Shown here: piece after piece, positions 1 to 9,730 of the stretch | Layout: each line of letters begins with the position of its first letter | Position numbering within the stretch: position 1 is the stretch's first letter | DNA from: a bacterium | GTDB taxonomy: Bacteria; Zhuqueibacterota; Zhuqueibacteria; Oceanimicrobiales; Oceanimicrobiaceae | DNA: 64,000 nt | Reading direction: 5' to 3' | Assembly: GCA_046758365.1 (NCBI GenBank) | Contig: JBHIAC010000002.1 | Location: forward strand, 25,920 to 89,919 | The notes under the pieces: model-generated | Seen by the model: the letters and a program-made list of their open reading frames with translations, nothing else | The model's database searches: none | Told to the model about the DNA's origin: nothing | Made by a program: the position numbers and the translations under genes

Positions 1-398
1 AAAAATTTTAAATAAGCAAGTCAAATTTTGAAGAAAATGAATTAATTTTTCAATTAAATGTCAAAAATACCAGTCAAAAAATTATAAATAATTAAAATTT
101 ATATAGAACGTAAAAATAGATTTCTGTTTTGGTAAATATGTTGAGTTAATTAAACGCCACGATAATTAGTTAAATAGTCACTATCAATCTTCCGGTTGTA
201 TATTTAAGTATAACTTAATAACAATGATTCAATTGTATTAATTTAGAATCCCAAAAAATTTAAAGTGCATAATATAAATAAAGCTATATTGAGATAGATT
301 TTTTAGTTGCATATTTTTTTATTTCTAATTAATTTAAAAGAATCCGGGCAACATTCTATAAAATTATTTTGAAAATTTGAATAATAGGTTAAAATATT

Positions 399-1118
399 AT
401 GAATATTACTAATTCTGAAATCAACATAATTTCTTCTAAAGATCTAGATATAAGATTAAAAGCCTTTGAATTTGAAAAACATTTGAAAAAGTTTTTTACA
501 CTTCCTCAAATAATTCCAATGCCAGATGATTTTCATCCTGAAGCTCCGCGTATCATTTTTTCTACTCCCCATGGTCATTCAACCTTGACGATAAGTCAAG
601 TAAATTTTAGTTTGAAAACAAGATATGATGGGGATTTTACAGAAAATTTAAATAAATGTATCGAATATCTAGATGAAAGAATTAATCTTGTTTTTTCTAT
701 GTTGAAAGAATCTCGCATTACTCTCTATTATATTGGCGTAATTTTTAATTTTGAAATACCTTTTACGCAAAAAAATAATCCTGTTGTTGCCTTATCACAA
801 AAGTTTCTTAATTATAAACTAAACTTCATCAATAGCCTATTTGATGTAAGCTTCAAATTCACAACTTGTTATGATAACACCTTTTATAAGAATTTAATAT
901 TTAAAAACTACAGACGGTATCAAAAGAAATCAATCCCAAAACCAAGCCCGGCATTTTTGGACTTAGAAGAAGAAGGTATTCAAGTTCAAGCAGATATTAA
1001 TGATCGCTTTGCTTTTAATATAAACAAAGATTATGAAACTAATGAAGAGGTTCTTTCAAAAATTTATGATATATTAAAAAATGCATATGAAGAAATACCA
1101 AAAATGATGGAGAATTAA
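399..1118 (+). CDS. Hypothetical protein (239 aa), resembles TIGR04255-like sporadically distributed proteins; gene 1 of an AT-rich three-gene module
   Basis: Long ORF in very AT-rich DNA. PQIIPMPDDFHPEAPRIIF motif. Stop TAA directly abuts the next ATG (TAAATG). Family resemblance is from memory. Confidence 0.7.
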   Translation: MNITNSEINIISSKDLDIRLKAFEFEKHLKKFFTLPQIIPMPDDFHPEAPRIIFSTPHGHSTLTISQVNFSLKTRYDGDFTENLNKCIEYLDERINLVFSMLKESRITLYYIGVIFNFEIPFTQKNNPVVALSQKFLNYKLNFINSLFDVSFKFTTCYDNTFYKNLIFKNYRRYQKKSIPKPSPAFLDLEEEGIQVQADINDRFAFNINKDYETNEEVLSKIYDILKNAYEEIPKMMEN

Positions 1119-1403
1119 ATGTTAGATGTGTTAGGTGAAACAACTTCAACTTCAAACCTGTATGACAAACATTTCATCGTTTCTGCATTATCACAGCCTC
1201 CTTTTCTGTTACTAGATTTGGATTATACTGACAAATCAATTGATTCATCAAAAATTTCTGATTCAGCATCTTTGGAATCAAATTTTGATAGTGAAAGGGA
1301 ATCTAAATTAGAAATTCTCATGTCAATTTTTCCGGGTATAAGAGAAATGACGGAAAAAGAGGCTGAAGAGTATCAGGAATTTTTAGAAGCGTATTTTGAC
1401 TGA
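1119..1403 (+). CDS. Small acidic Ser-rich hypothetical protein (94 aa), candidate antitoxin
   Basis: Translationally coupled to both neighbours, with GGAG upstream of the ATG. Low-complexity acidic middle and a predicted helical C-terminus (REMTEKEAEEYQEFLEAYFD). Confidence 0.6.
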   Translation: MLDVLGETTSTSNLYDKHFIVSALSQPPFLLLDLDYTDKSIDSSKISDSASLESNFDSERESKLEILMSIFPGIREMTEKEAEEYQEFLEAYFD

Positions 1404-1956
1404 GCAAGGTATGTTGAAATCAATAGGGCGAATTATTGAAGAAATGATCCCTTCTGTTTCAGCAGAAACCCTTAAGGAATTCAAAAGAGATTTTCAAAGA
1501 TTTAAATTCGACTCAAGCGCTTTTACTTCTATGCCAAAAGGCAATGTAATTTTTCAAGGTGATATAATTAAAGATATGCCTTTTACTTTTTATAATAAAG
1601 AGGGTGTTCAAAAAAATAGAAATTCCTGTGGTATGATGTTATCACACACATGTGACATGGCAAATCTTAAGAAGAATGTAATATTTGCCTTTTGTATGCC
1701 TGCGTCCCATTATAAATTATCCAATTTCGAAGATGCGAAAAATCAACGTATAACAAATTTGATGTTTTTACCTACTCAACCTATATTAGGTGATGATTTG
1801 TTAGTTGATTTTAATTTAGTCACCACTTATTCGAGTCAATTCGTAAATGGAATTATTAAAAATAATAATCACTTAGCAACATTAAAAGATTTAGGAAATT
1901 TTCTCTTCCTAATGAAACTAACAATTCACTTTTTTCGTGTTGAATTCCCGCATTGA
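1396..1956 (+). CDS. Hypothetical protein with QGDII...LSHTCD motif, possible MazF/PemK-like fold
   Basis: 186 aa ORF (TTG start, alternative ATG at 1411). The order of motifs parallels PemK/MazF strands. Confidence 0.7.
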   Translation: MTEQGMLKSIGRIIEEMIPSVSAETLKEFKRDFQRFKFDSSAFTSMPKGNVIFQGDIIKDMPFTFYNKEGVQKNRNSCGMMLSHTCDMANLKKNVIFAFCMPASHYKLSNFEDAKNQRITNLMFLPTQPILGDDLLVDFNLVTTYSSQFVNGIIKNNNHLATLKDLGNFLFLMKLTIHFFRVEFPH

Positions 1957-1959
1957 GCT

Positions 1960-4900
1960 TTAAACCTCATGCAAATATTTTTCCTTTTCCAGTGCTTTGC
2001 CATCAGGCTCGGGTGCGATCTCAAGTGCACGCCTTTCTCTGGTAATAATTCGACCTTTTTCATCCATGAAGCGTTTACCCATTATGGAGCGCTTGATATC
2101 TCCGAGAATAGCATAGAGACAGGGAACCAAAAAGAGGGTCAAAATCGTTCCCACTGAAAGGCCCCAAACCATAACATTAGCTAAAGGTCCCCAAACATCT
2201 GATTTACCGCCAATACCGATGGCCATGGGAAGCAGGCCGAAAACTGTGGTGATGGTAGTCAAAAGGATAGGACGGAGGCGGAGTTTGCCAGCCATAAGAA
2301 TCGAATGCCAGCGCCGTACCCTGCGTGCTCGAGCTTCGTTGATAAAACTAATGAATACCAACGCATCATTTACCGCCACACCTGCCAGGGCTACCAGACC
2401 GTAAAGATTGTTGATGTTGAACGGACTGCCAATAAAGAGCAGACCCATGGTGGCGCCCCAAAAGGCAAAGATGATAGCCATGAAAATAATGAGCGGCTGG
2501 AAAAAAGATTTGAACTGCCCACCTAAAATGATATACATCAGTATAAGTCCCACCAGAAAAAGCTGGCCGAGGTCGCTGAAGGCTTGTTTGAATTCTTCAA
2601 ATTGGCCTCGGAAGACTAAATCGTAACCGGAGTATCGTTTACTGATATCGAAAAATCTGCGTTGAAGCTCCTTATTAACTTTCAACGCCGTGGTTTTGGA
2701 TTTGTCGATATCCGCTTTGACGGTTATGGCCCGTTTGAGTTCATCGTGTTTGATAGAAGTATAACCCTGTTTTGTATTTAGCCGCGCCACGTCTTTTAAA
2801 GTAACCAGATGACCGAAAGGGGTCGCAATTTTCATGTTTTCCAAATCGGAAATATTTTGACGGCTGTCTTCTTTGTATTTTACTACCACGTCGATTTCCT
2901 CATCGCCATCTCGAAATTCCGTAGCTACGCCGCCATCAAAGGCATAGTGTACGGTGGAGGCGATTTGAGCTACATTCAAACCCACCAGAGCCGCTTTCTC
3001 CTCATCCACAACGATTTGCAGCTCCCTTTTGCCCGGCACAAAATCATCGCGGACATCGAATACACCAATCATGCTTTTCAGCTCATTTTTTATCAACTCA
3101 GCCACCTCTTCCAACTCATCAAGATAGTTGCCGCGGACTTTAACCTCCACAGGTGCCCCGGTGGGTGGGCCGTGATCAAATACTTTAAATTCAAGAGATT
3201 TGATACCAGCGATAGAATTTATTTGTCCCCTTAAATCTGCAATGATGTCATCAATACTACGCTTGCGTTTTTCTTTGTTTGTCAATTCCACTATGAGCTG
3301 CCCGACCGACGGTTTGAAAAACCACTCATCCTCTCTTTGCTGCAATCCAGAATTAGCCACCACATTTACTAATTCTGTCTCGGATAACGCAGAGATTATT
3401 TTTTCAACTTTTTGAATGACTTCATCAGTGATTTCTAATTTAGTTCCTTCAGGTAAATCAACAAATATGAACACTCGCGGAATTTCTTCACTGGCAAACA
3501 TGTCAATGCCCACCACCCAAATCAATGGAATACTGACTAAAATGATGAGGGTTGTAATGCCCAAAACCTGATAGCGGTATCGTAGAAACTTAACTAGATA
3601 TTTTATATAGAGTCTTCTGAGCTTGTTAAATCTAATGAACCCTTCTCTAATATGGTTATGTTTACGGCTCCACTCGGCAATATGGGAAGGTAAGATGAAG
3701 AATGCTTCGAATAGCGAAGCCAACAGAGCTAATGTTACGACAATAGGGACAATTTTTAGAAATTGCCCGATAATTCCGCCCATGAGCATTAGAGGCAGGA
3801 AAGCGGCGATGGTGGTCAAAGAAGAGGAAATCACAGGCATAGCCACCTGCTTTGTCCCAATTATAACCGCCTCCTTGGGTGGGTGGCCTTCTTGCATGTG
3901 GCGGTAACAGTTTTCAATGATGACAATAGCATCATCTACAATCATACCCAGAACCAGCACGAGGCCAAACAGAGCACTCCCACTTAAGCTGGTGCTGGTG
4001 TATTTCATAAACAGAAATGTGAACATGAAGGTAACCGGGATGCCAATGGCCGCAAAAATAGCGTTTCTTAGCCCTAAAAAGAAATAAAGGCAGACCACCA
4101 CTAAAATCATGCCAAGCCAAGCGTTGTTACGAAGGACGTTCAGGATTTCTTTGATGCGGATGGACGTGTCATTGATTACATTGATGGAAACATTCGCTGG
4201 CAAACCCCGAGTTTCCCATTGGGGCAGGCGTTCCCTGCGGTATTTTTCAACTAAATCTTTAATTTCATCAATAATTTTAATAGAATTGCCCTGCTTCTTT
4301 TTTGCCACTGTGAGCGTTACACTTGGTTCGCAATTAAAACGTGAAATGACTTCGGACTCCTCAAAGGTGTCGCGCACTTCGGCAATGTCTTCCACTCGCA
4401 CATGGTGACCCATTGGATTGGCACGTAAGATGATTTTCTTTACTTGTTCGATCTTATCAATTTCGCCAACCGTTCTCACGATATATTCCCAACGTCCCAT
4501 TTTGATGTCGCCAGCCGACAGATCCAGATTTTTGCCGCGAATGGCCTCCATGACTTGCGAAAGAGCTAAGTCGTAGCTTTGCAATTTCTCGGGGTCTACC
4601 TCCACCCAGATTTCTCGATCCCGCACCCCTGCAATTAAACACTTGGAAACATTATTAATTTCTAAAATATCGTCTCGCAGATCCTCGGCAAGTTTTTTCA
4701 TTTCTATTTCGGAGATATTTCCACTCAGCACCACATTCACCATAGGAATATGATCCTGAGTGGTGAACTCGGTTATAATCGGGTCTTCGGCCCCTTCCGG
4801 CAGCTCTACTTTTTCAACTTCTGTGCGCACGTCCTGCAGTCGTTTATCAAGCTCATCATCGGACATAGTCTCAAATTTTATCCACACAAAGGAAGCATTT

Positions 4901-5157
4901 TCCCGTGAAATGGAGGTGATATTGTCAATGCCTTCTACATCCCTTACCTCTTTTTCAACTTCATTGGTAATCAATTTTTCAGTATCTTCTGGCGATAAAC
5001 CCGGGGCAGGTGTCCAGACGAAAATCCACGGGAAAGAAACTTCTGGCATCATCTCCCGCGGCAGGGTAAACAACGAATAGCTGCCGAGTACAATCACAGC
5101 AATCATGATCATGTTCACCAGAACGGGATTTTTAATGGAAAACTTTGCTATGGACAT
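1960..5157 (-). CDS. RND efflux transporter permease (AcrB/AcrD/AcrF family)
   Basis: About 1065 aa, GMIVDDAIVIIEN and RLRPILLT motifs, two large periplasmic loops. Start moved from GTG 5202 (inside a repeat) to ATG 5157 (MSIAKFS). Confidence 0.95.
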   Translation of the reverse strand: MSIAKFSIKNPVLVNMIMIAVIVLGSYSLFTLPREMMPEVSFPWIFVWTPAPGLSPEDTEKLITNEVEKEVRDVEGIDNITSISRENASFVWIKFETMSDDELDKRLQDVRTEVEKVELPEGAEDPIITEFTTQDHIPMVNVVLSGNISEIEMKKLAEDLRDDILEINNVSKCLIAGVRDREIWVEVDPEKLQSYDLALSQVMEAIRGKNLDLSAGDIKMGRWEYIVRTVGEIDKIEQVKKIILRANPMGHHVRVEDIAEVRDTFEESEVISRFNCEPSVTLTVAKKKQGNSIKIIDEIKDLVEKYRRERLPQWETRGLPANVSINVINDTSIRIKEILNVLRNNAWLGMILVVVCLYFFLGLRNAIFAAIGIPVTFMFTFLFMKYTSTSLSGSALFGLVLVLGMIVDDAIVIIENCYRHMQEGHPPKEAVIIGTKQVAMPVISSSLTTIAAFLPLMLMGGIIGQFLKIVPIVVTLALLASLFEAFFILPSHIAEWSRKHNHIREGFIRFNKLRRLYIKYLVKFLRYRYQVLGITTLIILVSIPLIWVVGIDMFASEEIPRVFIFVDLPEGTKLEITDEVIQKVEKIISALSETELVNVVANSGLQQREDEWFFKPSVGQLIVELTNKEKRKRSIDDIIADLRGQINSIAGIKSLEFKVFDHGPPTGAPVEVKVRGNYLDELEEVAELIKNELKSMIGVFDVRDDFVPGKRELQIVVDEEKAALVGLNVAQIASTVHYAFDGGVATEFRDGDEEIDVVVKYKEDSRQNISDLENMKIATPFGHLVTLKDVARLNTKQGYTSIKHDELKRAITVKADIDKSKTTALKVNKELQRRFFDISKRYSGYDLVFRGQFEEFKQAFSDLGQLFLVGLILMYIILGGQFKSFFQPLIIFMAIIFAFWGATMGLLFIGSPFNINNLYGLVALAGVAVNDALVFISFINEARARRVRRWHSILMAGKLRLRPILLTTITTVFGLLPMAIGIGGKSDVWGPLANVMVWGLSVGTILTLFLVPCLYAILGDIKRSIMGKRFMDEKGRIITRERRALEIAPEPDGKALEKEKYLHEV

Positions 5158-5185
5158 CTGTCTTGCTTCTAAAATAATATTTTTT

Positions 5186-5267
5186 GGCACACGGATTTTC
5201 ACGGATTAGTAAATGATTAAAAGTTTAATCCGTGTTCATCCGTTCAATCTGCGTGCATTCGTGTGCT
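5186..5267. repeat. Intergenic imperfect palindromic element built from CACGGAT/ATCCGTG units
   Basis: GCACACGGATTTTCACGGATT at the left end; AATCCGTGTTCATCCGTT...TTCGTGTGC at the right end. Confidence 0.7.
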
Positions 5268-6381
5268 ATAATTTTTTCTTTACAGTTACTTCAACACCAT
5301 CAGTTAGATTTTCTTGTCCCAAAATGACCACATCATCTCCTGCTTCGGCTCCGTCTAAAAGGACGATTTTATTGCTGCTTTCCAGACCTAATTTCGGGAT
5401 TCGCTTTTGAGCTTTGCCATTTTTTATCACAAAAATAATCGTTTGACCGGAACGTTCCAGTAAGGCGCTTTTTGGTAGCAACGGAACATTCTGAAGGATT
5501 TGCGTTGTTACTTCTACTTTTGCAACCATGCCTGCTTTTAAGCGGTAGTCTGGATTTTTAACTAAAATTTCAACTGGAAACGCTCGGCTAGACAGGTCGG
5601 CCTGAGGGCCTACGGCGCTTACTGTTCCTTCAAATATTTCATTAGGAAAAGAATCTACAGTAATAGTTGCGGTCTGTCCTTTTCGAATTTTAACAATATC
5701 TTTTTCGGCAACGCCAAATTTGACTTTTATTTGACTGATATCTACCACTTTAGCAATGGGAGTGCCTGGTGCGACCGTGGTGCCTAATTCCACAATGCGT
5801 GCGGCCACAAAGCCATTTACTGGACTTACGATGCGGGTGTCTTTAAGTTGTCGCTTAGCCATTTTCACGTTGGCTTGAGCTGTCAAATAAGCGGCCTCAG
5901 CGGATTCCTTTTGCAGCCGAGCATTCTCAAAAACGTACTCTGATATATCTCGGGTTTCGTACAACTTTTGGTTTCTTTCAAAGTCTCTCTTGGCTTTTTT
6001 GTAGGCGGCTTTTGCTTCAATTAATCGAGCTTCTGCCTGTTCCAGTGAAAGTTGCTTTAACTCCTGATCAATCTGAACTAAGGGTGTACCTTTTTTCACC
6101 TGTTCTCCCACTTCTACGTAAACTTGGGTTATGGTTCCGGCTGTCTCCGAAGAAACCAGGACGTCGTGTAAAGGAACGATAGTGCCAGTTGCTCTAACTT
6201 TATCCGCCACCTTTCCAGTTTGGATTGCATAAGTTTCCACAGGTACGGCCTGAACGGAATCTACTTCAGTTCCATTATTCCCACCTTTAGATTGTTCGCC
6301 ATCTCCGCAGGCTATCTGAAATAAAGTCAACGTTAAAATGAAATAAATTAAGAATAGAATCTCAAATTTTTGTTTATACAT
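5266..6381 (-). CDS. RND efflux periplasmic adaptor (MFP), probable lipoprotein
   Basis: Lipoyl-like VEVGEQVKKG..L, helical hairpin, SPVNGFV, LKAGM motifs. Lipobox-like FQIAC. Likely start is ATG 6381 rather than TTG 6426. Confidence 0.93.
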   Translation of the reverse strand: MYKQKFEILFLIYFILTLTLFQIACGDGEQSKGGNNGTEVDSVQAVPVETYAIQTGKVADKVRATGTIVPLHDVLVSSETAGTITQVYVEVGEQVKKGTPLVQIDQELKQLSLEQAEARLIEAKAAYKKAKRDFERNQKLYETRDISEYVFENARLQKESAEAAYLTAQANVKMAKRQLKDTRIVSPVNGFVAARIVELGTTVAPGTPIAKVVDISQIKVKFGVAEKDIVKIRKGQTATITVDSFPNEIFEGTVSAVGPQADLSSRAFPVEILVKNPDYRLKAGMVAKVEVTTQILQNVPLLPKSALLERSGQTIIFVIKNGKAQKRIPKLGLESSNKIVLLDGAEAGDDVVILGQENLTDGVEVTVKKKL

Positions 6382-6468
6382 TTCATTCTCCAATTCAATA
6401 TTTTGCTTATGTCCAGGCAGCGCCAATCAGAGAGCCTAAAACTTGGCCGAACAGTTCCATAAAAAACT

Positions 6469-7869
6469 TTATTCCATCAAAATACCCATAGCCCGGTCTA
6501 ACTGAGCCTTAGCAATCCAATAATTATAGCGGGTGTTAATGAGCTCAGCTTGAGCGCGTGTGTGCACCACCTGGGCATCCAGAACATCAATATTGGCTGC
6601 CAATCCGACTTCATAGGTATTATTAATGACACGAAGATTTTCTTCCGCTTGTTCCACAGCTTTCTTGGCAATATGAAATCTTTTTATGGCTGATTCAACG
6701 TTTAATCTTGCACGAATCACTTCCAGAGTCAAGACACGATCAGAATCTTCTTTTAATTCTTCTAAGCGATTCAGTTCCGCTTTTGCTTCCTGCAAATTGG
6801 TAATGTTACTAAAGCTGTGAAATATTGGAATATTAACAGAGAGACTAGCGCTCCAAAAGGAAAAGCTGTCTAAAGCCAAAGTATTATTTTGTTCCCAACC
6901 TATTTGATAAACAAAATTAATTTTTGGCTGAAAGGCCGAGCACGCTAGTCGAACACCTGCTCTTTGCGCATCAACTGAAGCCTCAACTGATTTTAGGCCG
7001 GGGTGCTGAGTTTTGGTTTGCTTTATTTGTTCATTCAAACTTTGAGTTAAAGGGACGGGATCAAAAGGCAACGGACTAATTGCTAAGTCATGTTCATAAG
7101 GAATTCCCATGACCTGCTTAAGAGCTGCAAAAGCAATTTCTAAGTTATTTTCCATTTCCACCAGACGGCCTTCATCATTAGCTTTTTGTACCGCCCAGCG
7201 CAGGACATCAGTTCTGCTGCGTAGCCCGACATCTAGCATTTTTTGGGAACTACTCAAATGTTCTTGCGAGGACTCTAAACTTTTCTGCGCCAATACCACT
7301 AACTCTTGGGCTTGAAGTATCTGTAAGTAGCGAGTTTTAACCTCTAAAATCACTTGTTGTTTGGTGTCTTCTAAGTAGTACTCACTGCCTGATTCCTGTG
7401 CCCGGGCAAGGCTCACCGCCGCCCAGTTGGCCCCCCCATTGTAAATGGGTTGCACTACTTGAAAGGTTGTAGAAAAGTTATTATCATAAGCGCCTGGCCG
7501 AATATCATTTGGATCTCCCGTACCAAAAGTATCTACTAAAGCACGTCCTACATCTACAAATACATTTCCTCTACGTACTGTTCGAGGGTCTAATCTAGCA
7601 TAATTGAATTGAAGATCCGCTTTGGGGAATAAGTCTAATCGTGATTTCTTAACTTTGTAATTGGCGACCCGGAGTCCTTGTTGCGCGGCCTTCAAAGATG
7701 CATTATTTTGCAGAGCAATTTTAATGGCTTCGTTTAAAGAAATAAGCTTGCCATTTTTTTGTTTGGCGAATGATTTCACAGTCAAAGCAGGAACGTTTAA
7801 ACCAGAAATTAATAAACCAATAAATACCCAAATACCAAATACTCTTTTAATCTTGTACGAAACTACCAT
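6469..7869 (-). CDS. TolC-family outer membrane efflux protein
   Basis: Signal peptide, SLNEAIKIALQNN, QPIYNGG, YEVGLAANIDVLDAQ; upstream of MFP and RND genes. Confidence 0.93.
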   Translation of the reverse strand: MVVSYKIKRVFGIWVFIGLLISGLNVPALTVKSFAKQKNGKLISLNEAIKIALQNNASLKAAQQGLRVANYKVKKSRLDLFPKADLQFNYARLDPRTVRRGNVFVDVGRALVDTFGTGDPNDIRPGAYDNNFSTTFQVVQPIYNGGANWAAVSLARAQESGSEYYLEDTKQQVILEVKTRYLQILQAQELVVLAQKSLESSQEHLSSSQKMLDVGLRSRTDVLRWAVQKANDEGRLVEMENNLEIAFAALKQVMGIPYEHDLAISPLPFDPVPLTQSLNEQIKQTKTQHPGLKSVEASVDAQRAGVRLACSAFQPKINFVYQIGWEQNNTLALDSFSFWSASLSVNIPIFHSFSNITNLQEAKAELNRLEELKEDSDRVLTLEVIRARLNVESAIKRFHIAKKAVEQAEENLRVINNTYEVGLAANIDVLDAQVVHTRAQAELINTRYNYWIAKAQLDRAMGILME

Positions 7870-7891
7870 TTATGAAATACCTCCTGAATCA

Positions 7892-8443
7892 TTATTTACT
7901 CACAAATTTATTCCCTTTAATAAAAAAGCGCCACTCCAAGTCTGAGGCTTTGGAAATCCCTATACGAGGGCTGGTGCTAATTTCAAAATTATTTGAATTT
8001 TGATAAAGCTCCAATTGAATGGTTTTACCAATCACTTCTCCATGGATCACAGGATCAAATCCGAATGCTTGAAAGAGTTTTCCCGGACCGTTGGCTAATC
8101 TAACTAAATTGTTTGTCTTGCGTCGCTGTTTCATGATATCGAGTCCAGATATTGGCTCTATTGCTCGGATCAGCACTGCCCCCGCGCCTTCTTTTTCTGT
8201 GGTGAAATTCAGACAGTGGTACATGCCGTAAATGAAAAAAATATAAATATGTCCATAGGTTTCCCGCAGCAAAGCACCTTTTTTAGGTTTGGTTACGGCA
8301 TGGGAAGCGTCATCGTCCCGATACGCTTCAGTTTCCACGATAATACCTTCGCACCCCTGGTACGTCAATTTTGTGCCCAACAGATTCCGAGCAACTGTTA
8401 AGGTGTCTCTTGCGAAAAAGTCTTGGTTAATTTTATTGGACAT
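7892..8443 (-). CDS. mpg: DNA-3-methyladenine glycosylase (MPG/AAG family)
   Basis: IVETEAY, DDASHA, YGMYHCLN, AVLIRAIEP, NGPGKL, RIGIS motifs. Likely start ATG 8443. Confidence 0.95.
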   Translation of the reverse strand: MSNKINQDFFARDTLTVARNLLGTKLTYQGCEGIIVETEAYRDDDASHAVTKPKKGALLRETYGHIYIFFIYGMYHCLNFTTEKEGAGAVLIRAIEPISGLDIMKQRRKTNNLVRLANGPGKLFQAFGFDPVIHGEVIGKTIQLELYQNSNNFEISTSPRIGISKASDLEWRFFIKGNKFVSK

Positions 8444-8611
8444 ACAAGTTATTGGATACAAGTTGTTTTAAAGTATAAATATAAAGAGAAGCATTTCGAA
8501 TTTCAAGATAATTAAATTACTATTAAAGAAAAACTTTGTACTTTATCTAAATTTTTTTAAATTTTAAGTAATAATTTTAGGACTCTTACAATATTAATTT
8601 TTTAATTTCTT

Positions 8612-9598
8612 ATGAATATACAAACTATCCCAATAAAAGAAATCCAACTAGAGGGGCCCAATTTCGATGATTTCATTTTTACCTATCCGTTGAATTCAAG
8701 GGACTTGGTGGATTCCATCAAAAAGGTTGGACTTCTGCATCCTGTCTGTTTGAGAACTTATATGGAGGGCTGGCAAATTGTTTATGGGGCAAAGAGAATT
8801 CTTGCTTGTAAAGAATTGGGATGGCATGAAATTCCGGCTCAAATAGTATCCGTAGAAGAAGTTTCGGACATGCGGGCACTCGAAATGAGTTTGGCAGAAG
8901 ACATCCTGCAGAGAGCGTTGAATCCCATTGAGAAGGCCATGGTGTTTTATAAATATCAGATTTTGGGAAATTGGCAAATCTCAAGATTAGTCAATGAACT
9001 GGCACCCCAATTGGGTCTACCCCAATCCGTTGAAATGGTGCAAAATTATATTTCTCTTTTAAAATTAGAAAAGGAAATCAAAATAGCCGTTGCTCATGGC
9101 AGCCTCACCCCGGCCCACGCCTTTTTATTGCTACCATTAAAGCCAGCCGAAAGAATAACTATTTTTAAAGAAGTGTTTAAAAAGTGCAATCCAAATTTAA
9201 ATGAAGGCCGTGAAGTGATAAATAATTTAATAGATTTAAAAGCCATATTTAAAGAAAGTATTGCTGAAATCTTATCAAATAAAACCATGGAAGATTTTTT
9301 AAATTCTCCAACAAAAAGCCCTCGTGAAAAATGTGGATTGTTAAGAATGGAACTTAAAAAACTACGGTACCCCCGGCTCAGTAATCTTGAAAGTAAATTC
9401 TATCAAGCCCTCAATAATCTATCTCTAAAAAATAACATTCAGGTTCGCCCATCTCCTTATTTTGAAGAAAACCATCTCGATATTGCTTTTCGAATAAAAG
9501 ACCCGGCCGATTTAAAACAGACATTGGACAGTTTAACAGGAGCATCAAAAAATGGGGGAATAGATAAGCTTTTTGAAATTGTTAAAGGAGAGTTATGA
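8612..9598 (+). CDS. ParB/Srx N-terminal domain protein with divergent CTP-binding motif
   Basis: LVDSIKKVGLLHPV, IVYGAKRILAC, RALNPIEKA and a following HTH-like region. Confidence 0.85.
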   Translation: MNIQTIPIKEIQLEGPNFDDFIFTYPLNSRDLVDSIKKVGLLHPVCLRTYMEGWQIVYGAKRILACKELGWHEIPAQIVSVEEVSDMRALEMSLAEDILQRALNPIEKAMVFYKYQILGNWQISRLVNELAPQLGLPQSVEMVQNYISLLKLEKEIKIAVAHGSLTPAHAFLLLPLKPAERITIFKEVFKKCNPNLNEGREVINNLIDLKAIFKESIAEILSNKTMEDFLNSPTKSPREKCGLLRMELKKLRYPRLSNLESKFYQALNNLSLKNNIQVRPSPYFEENHLDIAFRIKDPADLKQTLDSLTGASKNGGIDKLFEIVKGEL

Positions 9599-9711
9599 GG
9601 TTTTTTCAATCACAAATTCTCACCATTGAAAAAGCAATAATGCATCACCCTACCACAAAACTATCTTGGAAGAATTGCATGGTAATGGAATTCAGAGGAG
9701 TTTACTATTAA
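9595..9711 (+). pseudogene. Short ORF coupled to the ParB-like gene; possible N-terminal remnant of a spore-photoproduct-lyase-like radical SAM gene
   Basis: AAGGAG SD and ATGA overlap with the ParB stop. MRFFQSQILTIEKAIMHHPTTK continues as ILEELHG in a shifted frame. Similarity to SplB-like N-termini is from memory. Confidence 0.35.
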
Positions 9712-9730
9712 TACTGTTAAATTATCCTTT

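Noticed and set aside
1969..5080. Many 60-140 aa + strand ORFs opposite the RND gene (similar sets at 16297-22596, 38100-39908 and elsewhere)
   Set aside because: Antisense shadows of long conserved genes, with no motifs or ribosome-binding sites.
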